The position numbers and the translations under genes are program-made. From Chiloscyllium plagiosum (taxonomy: Eukaryota): 33,978 nt of DNA. This document shows positions 24,250 to 33,978 of this stretch, in pieces. The stretch spans positions 1-33,978 of the forward strand of contig NW_025213529.1 of NCBI RefSeq assembly GCF_004010195.1, read 5' to 3'. Every line of letters begins with the position of its first letter. Position 1 is the first letter of the stretch. Below the pieces are notes generated by a model that saw only the letters and a program-made list of their open reading frames with translations, had not been told where the DNA came from and ran no database searches.

Positions 24250-27200
24250 ACTAAATGCAGTTGGGTGCACTAAATAAACGAGTTACGTTTTGTTCCTTTA
24301 AATGAATGAATACCGTGTGTATCATTGAATCAATGATTCATGATTAGTTCAATTATTGAATGAATACAGTTTGTTTAAATGGATAAACGGATGCGGTTTG
24401 TTTCATTGAATCAATGTGTTAAACTCTTGATATTGAATGAATGAGAGAAGCTCAACTCATTGAATTGACGCGCGCAGTTTGTCTCATTGAATGATAAAGT
24501 AAAGCTTGGCAGATTTAATGAATGGCAGAAGCTCTAATCAGTGAATTACCACATCCAGTCAGTTGCATTGAATGAATGCATGTGGTTAGCATGCAGTTTG
24601 TTTCTTTCAATCAATGTAAAACGTTCGTTTCACTGAATCAATGACTGAAGTTTGTTTAATGATTGAATGAATGCAGTGTGTTTATTTGAATAAAAGCGTT
24701 AAACTCGAGACGTTGAATAAATCAGAGAAGCTCTACTGATTGAATTTTGATCAAAAGGAAGTTTGTTTCCTTGCGTGAATGAGATTAGTTTGAAACATTG
24801 AATAAAGAGGAGAAGGTCAACTTAAAGAATTAACAAGCCCTGTCTCTTTCATTGAATGAATGGCAAAATCTCAACTCGTTGTAGGTGCACGTGCAGTGTG
24901 TTACATTAAATGAATGAGTGGAGTTGGATTAATTTCACGATTGAATGCGGTTGGGTGTACTAAATAATTGAGTTTTGTTCCTTTAAATCAATGAATACCC
25001 TGTGTATCATTGAATCAATGATTCATGATTAGTTCAATTATTGAATGAATACAGTTTGTTTAAATGGATACACGGATGCTGTTTGTTTCATTGAATCAAT
25101 TTGTTAACTCTTGATATTGAATGAATGAGAGAAGCTAAACTCATTGAATTCAAACTGCATACTTTCAATAATTGATGCAATCTTGAATCATTGATTCAAT
25201 GATACAAATTAAAAATGTGAGAATCTATTCTCATTAAATAAACATGTCCAGTCTGTATCAATGAATGAATGCATGCAATTTGTTTCAATGAATGCATGGC
25301 AATGGCCCAACTCTTGGATGTGCACATGCAGTGTGTTACAGTGAATGAATGAGTGCAGTTGGATAAATGGAATGACTGAATGCAGTTGGGTGCTCAAAAT
25401 AAACGAGTTACGTTTTGTTTCTTTAAATCAATGAATACCGTGTGGATCATTGAAACAATGATTCAAGATTGATTCAATTGTTGAATGAATGCAGTTTGTT
25501 CAAATGAATGAAAGAGTTAAATTCGAGACATTGAATAAATGAGAGAAACTCTACTCATTGAATTCTCACGCGCAGTTTGGCACATTGAGTGATAAAGTTT
25601 AGTTTGGCACATTGCAAGAATGGCAGATGCTCTACTCAGTGAATTAACACGAACTGTCTGGTTCATTGAATGAATGCATGCAGTTCGTTTCAATGAACGA
25701 ATGGGTGCTATTAGTGTTAAACTCTTGATATTGAATGCATGAGAGATGCTCAACTCATTGAAGTGACGCGCGCAGTTTGTCTCATTGAATGATAAAGTAA
25801 AGCTTGGCATATTGAAAGAAAGGCAGAAGCTCTAATCAGTGAATTACCATATCCAGTCAGTTGCATTGAATGAATGCATACATTTTGTTTCAATGAATGA
25901 ATGCATGCAGTTAGTATCATTGAATCGATGTGTTAAACTCTTGATATTGAATGCATGAGAGAAGCTCAACTCATTGAATTGACTCGCGCAGTTTGTGTCA
26001 TTGAATGATAAAGTAAAGCTTGGCAGATTGAAAGAAAGGCAGAAGCTCTAATCAGCGAATTACCACATCCAGTCAGTTGCATTGAATGAATGCATGCGAT
26101 TAATTTCCAGGAATAAATGCATGCAGTTTGTTTCTTTCAATCAATGTAAAACGTTTGTTTCACTGAATCAATGACTGAAGTTTGATTCAATGATTGAATG
26201 AATGCAGTGTGTTTATTTGAATGAAAGCGTTAAACTCGATACGTTGAATAAATCAGAGAAGTTCTACTCATTGAATTTTGATCAAAAGGAAGATTGTTTC
26301 CTTGCGTCAATGAGATTAGTTTGAAACATTGAATAATGAGGAGAAAGTCAATTTAAAGAATTAACAAGCCCCGTCTCTTTCATTGAATTAATGCATGCAG
26401 TTTGTTTCAAGGAATCAAAGCATGTTTCTTTCAATCAATGTAGAACGTTTCTTAACGATTGAAGTTTGATTCAATGATTGACTGAATGCAGTTTGTTTCT
26501 TTGAAGTAAAATATTAACGTGTTGATATTGAAAACGTGTGAGAATTGATTAAACACGTCCATCTGTATCATTGTATGCAGTTTGTTTCAATGGATGAATG
26601 AATGCAGTTTGTTTCAATAGATGAATGCATGCTGTTTGTTTCATTGAATGAATCAGTCAAACTTAAAACAATGTGTAAATGAGAGACACTCTACTCATTG
26701 AATTAATGTCTAGTTTGCTTCCTTGAATGAATGCATGCAGTTTGTCTCGATTAGTGAATGCATGCAGTTTGTTTCATTGAATGAATGGCAAAATCTCAAC
26801 TCGTTGTAGGTGCACGTGCAGTGTGTTACATTAAATGACTGAGTGCAGTTGGATTAATTAAACGATTGAAACAATGATTCAAGATTGATTCAATTATTGA
26901 ATGAATGCAGTTTGTTCAAATGAATGAACGAGTTAAATTCGAGATATTGAATAAATGAGAGAATTCTCACGCGCAGTTTGGCACATTGAATGATAAAGTT
27001 TAGTTTGGTGTATTGAAAGAATGGCAGATGCTCTACTCAGTGAATTAACACAGTGAACTGTCTGGTTCATTGAATGAATGCATGCAGTTCGTTTCAATGA
27101 ACGAATGGGTGCTATTAGGTTCATTGAATCGATGTGTTAAACTCTTGATATTGAATGCATGAGAGATGCTCAACTCATTGAATTGACGCGCGCAGTTTGT

Positions 27201-28657
27201 CTCATTGAATGATAAAGTAAAGCTTGGCATATTGAAAGAATGGCAGAAGCTCTAATCAGTGAATTGCCATATCCAGTCAGTTGCATTCAATGAATGCATA
27301 CATTTTGTTTCAATCAGTGAATGCATGCAGTTTGTTTCATTGAATGAATGGCAAAATCTTAACGTGCAGTGCGTTACATTAAATGACTGAGTGCAGTTGG
27401 ATTAATTAAACGATTGAATGCGGTTGGGTGTACTAAATAATTGAGTTAAGTTTTGTTCCTTTAAATCAATGAATACCGTGTGTATCATTGAATCAATGAT
27501 TCATTATTAGTTCAATTATTGAATGAATACAGTTTGTTTAAATAGATAAACGGATGCGGTTTGTTTCATTGAATCAATGTGTTAAACTCTTGGTATTGAA
27601 TGAAGCTAAACTCATTGAATTCAAACTGCATTCATTCAATAATTGAATCAATCTTGAATCATTGATTCAATGATACAAATTGAAAAATGTGAGAATGTAT
27701 TCTCATTAAATAAACACGTCCAGTCTGTATCAATGAATGAATGCATGCAATTTGTTTCAATGAAAGCATGGCAATAGCCCAACTCTTGGATGTGCACGTG
27801 CAGTGTGTTACAGTGAATGAATGAGTGCAGTTGGATAATTGGAATGACTGAATGCAGTTGGGTGCACTAAATAAACGAGTTACGTTTTGTTTCTTTAAAT
27901 CAATGAACACCGTGTGGATCATTGAAACAATGATTCAAGATTGATTCAATTATTGAATGAATGCAGTTTGTTCAAATGAATGAACGAGTTAAATTCGAGA
28001 CATTGAATAAATGAGAGAAACTCTACTCATTGAATTCACACGCGCAGTTTGGCACATTGAATGATAAAGTTTAGTTTGGCACATTGAAAGAATGGCAGAT
28101 GCTCTTCTCAGTGAATTAACACAGTGAACTGTCTGGTTCATTGAACCAAGGCATGCAATTCGTTTCAATGAACGAATAGGTGCAATTAGTTTCATTGAAT
28201 CGATGTGTTAAACTCTTGATATTGAATGCATGAGAGATTCTCAACCCATTAAATTGACGCGCGCAGTTTGTGTCATTGAATGATAAACTAAAGCTTGGCA
28301 CATGGAAAGAATGGCAGAAGCTCTTATCAGTGAATTACCACATCCAGTCAGTTGCATTGAATGAATGCATGTGGTTAGTTTCCAGGAATAAATGCATGCC
28401 GTTTGTTTCTTTCAATCAATGTAAAACGTTTGTTTCACTGAATCAATGACTGAAGTTTGATTCAATGATTGAATGAATGCAGTGTGTTTATTTGAATAAA
28501 AGCGTTAAACTCGAGACGTTGAATAAATCAGAGAAGCTCTACTCATTGAATTTTGATCAAATTGATGCTTGTTTCCTTGCGTGAATGATTTTAGTTTGAA
28601 ACATTGAATAAAGTTGTGAAGGTCAACTTAAAGAATTAACAAGCCCTGTCTCTTTCA

Positions 28658-29973
28658 TTGAATGAATGCATGCAGTTTGTTTCAAGGAATCAAGGCATGT
28701 TTCTTTTAATCAATGTAGAACGTTTGTTTCACTGAATCAACGATTGAAGTTTGATTCAATGATTGACTGAATGCAGCTTGTTTCATTGAAGTAAAATATT
28801 ATCCTGGTGATATTGAAAACGTGTGAGAATTGAATAAACACGTTCATCTGTATCATTGTATGCAGTTTGTTACAATAGATGAATGCATGCTGTTTGTTTT
28901 ATTGAATGAATCAGTCAAACTTAAAACAATGTGTAAATCAGAGAAACTCTACTCATTGAATTAATAAGTCTAGTTTGCTTCCTTGAATGAATGCATGCAG
29001 TTTGTTTCAAGGAATCAAAGCATGTTTCTTTCAATCAATGTAGAACGTTTGTTTAACTGAATCAACGATTGAAGTTTGATTCAATGATTGACTGAATGCA
29101 GTTTGTTTCATTGAAGTAAAATATTATCCTGGTGATATTGAAAACGTGTGAGAATTGAATAAACACGTTCATCTGTATCATTGTATGCAGTTTGTTACAA
29201 TAGATGAATGCATGCTGTTTGTTTTATTGAATGAATCAGTCAAACTTAAAACAATGTGTAAATCAGAGAAACTCTACTCATTGAATTAATAAGTCTAGTT
29301 TGCTTCCTTGAATGAATGCATGCAGTTTGTTTCAAGGAATCAAAGCATGTTTCTTTCAATCAATGTAGAACGTTTGTTTAACTGAATCAACGATTGAAGT
29401 TTGATTCAATGATTGACTGAATGCAGTTTGTTTCATTGAAGTAAAATATTATCCTGGTGATATTGAAAACGTGTGAGAATTGAATAAACACGTTCATCTG
29501 TATCATTGTATGCAGTTTGTTACAATAGATGAATGCATGCTGTTTGTTTTATTGAATGAATCAGTCAAACTTAAAACAATGTGTAAATCAGAGAAACTCT
29601 ACTCATTGAATTAATAAGTCTAGTTTGCTTCCTTGAATGAATGCATGCAGTTTGTTTCAAGGAATCAAAGCATGTTTCTTTCAATCAATGTAGAACGTTT
29701 GTTTAACTGAATCAACGATTGAAGTTTGATTCAATGATTGACTGAATGCAGTTTGTTTCATTGAAGTAAAATATTATCCTGGTGATATTGAAAACGTGTG
29801 AGAATTGAATAAACACGTTCATCTGTATCATTGTATGCAGTTTGTTACAATAGATGAATGCATGCTGTTTGTTTTATTGAATGAATCAGTCAAACTTAAA
29901 ACAATGTGTAAATCAGAGAAACTCTACTCATTGAATTAATAAGTCTAGTTTGCTTCCTTGAATGAATGCATGC
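28658..29973 (+). repeat. Four tandem copies of a 325-bp unit within satellite C
   Basis: tttgtttcaaggaatcaa recurs at 28676, 29001, 29326 and 29651 (period 325). Copies 2-4 appear identical by eye; copy 1 differs at about 4 sites. Confidence 0.92.
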
Positions 29974-32492
29974 TGTTTGTTTCAATAAGTGAATGCATGC
30001 AGTTTGTTTCATTGAATAAATGGCAAAACCTCAACTCGTTGTAGGTGCACGTGCAGTGTGTTACATTAAATGAATGAGTGCAGTTGGATTAATTAAACGA
30101 TTGAATGCGGTTGGGTATACTAAATAATTGAGTTTAGTTTTGTTCCTTTTCATTGAATGAATGCATGCAGTTAGTTTCATTGAATCGATGTGTTAAACTC
30201 TTGATTTTGAATGCATGAGAGAAGCTCAACTCATTGAATTGACGCGCGCAGTTTGTGTCATTTAATGATAAAGTAAAGCTTGGCAGATTGAAAGAAAGGC
30301 AGAAGCTCTAATCAGTGAATTACCACATCCAGTCAGTTGCATTGAATAAATGCATGCGGTTAGTTTCCAGGAATAAATGCATGCAGTTTGTTTCTTTCAA
30401 TCAATGTAAAACGTTTGTTTCACTGAATCAATGACTGAAGTTTGATTCAATGATTGAATGAATGCAGTGTGTTTATTTGAATGAAAGCGTTAAACTCGAT
30501 ACGTTGAATAAATCAGAGAAGCGCTACTCATTGAATTTTGATCAAAAGGAAGATTGTTTCCTTGCGTGAATGAGATTAGTTTGAAACATTGAATAATGAG
30601 GAGAAAGTCAACTTAAAGAATTAACAAGCCCTGTCTCTTTCATTGAATGAATGCATGCAGTTTGTTTCAAGGAATCAAAGCATGTTTCTTTCAATCAATG
30701 TAGAACGTTTCTTTCACTGAGTCAACGATTGAAGTTTGATTCAATGATTGACTGAATGCAGTTTGTTTCTTTGAAGTAAAATATTAACCTGGTGATATTG
30801 AAAACGTGTGAGAATTGAATAAACACGTCCATCTATATCATTGTATGCAGTTTGTTTCAATGGATGAATGCATGCTGTTTGTTTCATTGAATGAATCAGT
30901 CAAACTTAAAACAATGTGTAAATGAGAGAAACTCTACTCATTGAATTAATAAGTCTAGTTTGCTTCCTGGAATGAATGCAGTTTGTGTCATTGAATGAAT
31001 GGCAAAACCTCAACTCGTTGTAGGTGCACGTGCAATGTGTTACATTAAATGACTGCAGTTGGATTAATTGAAACGATTGAATGCGGTTGGGTGTGCTAAA
31101 TAATTGAATTAAGTTTTGTTCCTTTAAATCAATGAATACACAGGATCTGCGGTTCTCTATATTACACACAGGGACTGCTGATCCCTATATAGGACATGGG
31201 AATTGCTGTTCTCGAAATTATACACAGGACCTGCTGTTCTCTATATTAGACATGGGAACTGCTGTTCTCTGTATTATACACAGGAACTGCTGTCTCTTTC
31301 TTAGACATGGTAACTGCTGTTTTCTGTAGTATACACAGGGACAGCTGTTCTCTATTTTAGACATGGGAACTGCTGTTCCCTATATTATACACATGTACTA
31401 CTTCTCTCGATAGGAGACATGGGAACTGCTGTTCTCTATATTCGACATGGGAACTGCTGTTCTCCACATTATACACAGGAACTGCTGTTTTCTATATTAT
31501 ACACAGGGACTGCTGTTCTCGATATGAGACATGGGAACTGCTGTTCTAGATATTATACACAGGGACAGGTGTTCTCTATATTAGACATTGGAATTGCTGT
31601 TCCCTGTATAAAACGCAGGAACTCCTGTTTCTTTCTTAGACATGGGAAAAGCTGTTCTCTAAATTCTACATAGGAACAACTGTTCTCTATATTAGTCATG
31701 GGAACTGTTGATCGCCAAACTATGCACAGAAACTGCTGTTCTCTATATTTTACATGGGAACTGCTGTTCTCTATATTATACACAGGGACTGCTGTCCCCT
31801 ATATTAGACATGGGAACTGCTATTCTCTATATTATACACAGGGACAGCTGTTCTCTATATGAGACATTGGAACTGCTGTTCGTGAAATTATGCACAGGAA
31901 CTGCTGTACTCTATATTATACACAGGAACTGCTGTTTTCTATTTTATACACAGGGACTGCTGTTCTCAATATTATATACAGGGACAGCTGTTCTCTATAT
32001 TAGACATGGGAACTGCTCTTCTCTATATGAGACACAGGGACTGCTGTTTTCTATATTAGACATGGGAACTGCTGTTCTCTATTAGACATGGGAACTGCTC
32101 TTCTCTATATGAGACACAGGGACTGCTGTTTTCTATATTAGACATGGTAACTGCTGTTCTCTATATTTACACAGGGACAGCTGTTCTCTATATTAGACAT
32201 GGGAACTGCTGTTCTCTATATTATACACAGGAACTGCTGTCTCTTTCCTAGACATGTTAATTGCTGTTCTCTACATTATTCACAGATACTGCTGTTCACG
32301 ATATTAGACATGGGAACTGCTGTTCTGTATGTTATACACAGGGACTGCGGTTCTCTTTATTATACATGGGAAAAGCTCTTCTTTATATTATCCTCAGGGA
32401 CAGCTGTGCTCATAGTAGACACAGGGACAGCTGTTCTCTATATTAGTCATGGGAACTGCTGTTCGCGAAATTATGCACAGAAACTGCTGTTT

Positions 32493-32790
32493 ATTAGATT
32501 AGATTAGATTACTTACAGTGTGGAAACAGGCCCTTCGGCCCAACAAGTCCACACCGACCCGCCGAAGCGCAACCCACCCATACCCCTACATTTACCCCTT
32601 TAACCTAACACTACGGGCAATTTAGCATGGCCAATTCACCTGACCCGCACATCTTTGGACTGTGGGAGGAAACCGGAGCACCCGGAGAATGTGCAAACTC
32701 CACACAGTCAGTCGCCTGAGTCGGGAATTGAACCCGGGTCTACAGGCGCTGCGAGGCAGCAGTGCTAACCACTGGGCCACCGTGCCGCCC
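32493..32790 (-). mobile_element. HE1-type V-SINE with intact 5' head and a 23-bp internal deletion, copy 5
   Basis: Head GGGCGGCACGGTGGCCCAGTGGTTAGC, B box and (AATCT)n tail. Lacks gaaacccacgcagacacggggag relative to copies 1 and 2. Confidence 0.92.
32724..32779 (-). promoter_or_regulatory. Internal RNA Pol III A and B boxes of SINE copy 5
   Basis: A box TGGCCCAGTGG (32769-32779) and B box GGTTCAATTCC (32724-32734) on the minus strand. Confidence 0.7.
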
Positions 32791-33978
32791 ATAATTTTAC
32801 ATGGGAACTGCTGTTCTCGATATTATACACGGGGATTGCTTTTCTCTATATTAGACATAGGAACTGATGTTCTCTATGTTATACACAGGAACTGCTGTTC
32901 TCTATGTTATACACAGGAACTGCTGTTCTCTATATTAGACATGGGAACTGCTGTTCTCTATATTATACACAGGCACTGCTGTTCTCTATATTGGACATGG
33001 GAACTGCTGTTCACTATATTATACATAGCGACAGCTGTTCTGTACATAAGACACAGGGACTGCTGTTCTCTATATTAGACATAGGAACTGCTGGTTTCTA
33101 TATGATACACAGGGGCTGCTGTTCTCTACAATAGACATGGCAACTGCTTTACATTATATTAAACACAGGGACAGCTGTTCTCTATATTATACACAGGGAC
33201 TGCTGTTCTCTATATTAGACATGGTAACTGCTGCTCTCTATATTAGACACAGGGACAGATTCTCTCTATATTAGACATGGGAACTGCTGTTTTCTTTATT
33301 ATGCACAGGTACTGCTGTTCTCTATATTAGACATGGGAACTGGTGTTCTCTGTATTATGCACAGGGACAGCTGTTCTCTTTATTAGACACAGGGACTGCT
33401 GTTCTGTATATTCTATACAGGGACAGCTGTTCTCTATATTCGACATGGGAACTGCTGTTCTGTATATTATACACAGGGACTGCTGTTCTCTATAATATAC
33501 ACAGGTACTGCTGTTCTCTATATTAGACCTGGGAAATGCTGTGTTGTATATTATACACAGGTACTGCTGTTCTCTATATTAGACTTGGGAACTGCTGTTC
33601 TCTGTATTATGCACAGGGACAGCTGTTCTCTATATTAGACATGGGAACTGCTGCTCTCTGTATTATACACAGAGACTGCTGTTCTCTATATTAGTCATGG
33701 GAACTGCTGTTCACATTAGACATAGGAACTGCTGTTCTCGACATGATACACAGGAACAGCTGTTTTCTATATCAAACATGGGGACTGCTGTATGAGACAC
33801 AGAGACTGCTGTTCTGTATATTAGTCATGGGAAGTGATGTTCTCGATATTATGCACAGGAACTGCTGTTCTCCATATATTACATGGGAAATGGTGTTCTC
33901 GATACATTACACATGGACACCTGTTCTCGATGTTAGACATGGTAACTGCTGTTCTCTATATTAGGCATGGGAACTGCT

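Larger units (their letters stand above)
14781..31138. repeat. Satellite C: AT-rich complex tandem repeat built on a ~27-bp ancestral unit (ATTGAATGAATGCATGCAGTTTGTTTC), with shuffled higher-order modules
   Basis: Pervasive cattgaatgaatgcatgcagtttgtttc motifs. Modules of several hundred bp recur at offsets such as 1091 and 6139, visible from the repeated spurious ORFs at 20759/21850/27989. Orientation flips near 16160, 17475 and 18610. Confidence 0.92.
31139..33978 (-). repeat. Satellite B (28-bp), block 2, reverse orientation, runs off the window end
   Basis: tagacatgggaactgctgttctctatat / tatacacagggactgctgttctctatat is the reverse complement of the block 1 monomers. Confidence 0.95.

Noticed and set aside
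18527..31169. Recurrent 60-87 aa ORFs in satellite C as a tandem gene family
   Set aside because: They track the repeat modules in overlapping frames, with variable stops and no recognisable protein motif.
4525..32790. All five SINE copies lie on the minus strand
   Set aside because: They represent only three independent insertions; the same orientation by chance has probability 1 in 4.
31132..33964. ORFs with a 28-aa Cys/His periodicity (HGNCCSLYYTQGLLFSILDMGTAVLYIR), superficially zinc-finger-like
   Set aside because: The period is an artefact of 3 x 28 bp = 84 nt. The same peptide appears in all frames with frequent stops, and there is no C-x2-C..H-x3-H pattern or TGEKP linker.

Overview
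Eukaryotic, gene-free, repeat-saturated window, most likely shark (elasmobranch) heterochromatin. The inference comes from HE1-type V-SINEs plus CR1/HER1-type and Penelope-like remnants. No credible protein-coding gene is present: almost all listed ORFs are read-throughs of tandem repeats. Layout: satellite A (CTCTGGGATTCCC + CT/CA tracts, 1-7435, with a 142-N gap) | satellite B (28-bp unit, 7447-13830) | CR1 LINE 3' fragment | short satellite A block | AT-rich complex satellite C (14781-31138, three orientation switches) | satellite B in the opposite orientation (to the window end). Embedded are five SINE copies that trace to three insertion events, a Penelope-type RT fragment with an internal deletion, and a 55-bp-arm palindrome carrying degenerate hammerhead-ribozyme-like cores. 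The most notable observations concern satellite and retroelement dynamics: a fold-back with a duplicated apex, an amplified inverted-repeat module, a clean 21-bp microinversion, and filled and empty SINE sites. I do not find good evidence for a wholly new functional system. All alignments and counts were done by eye.
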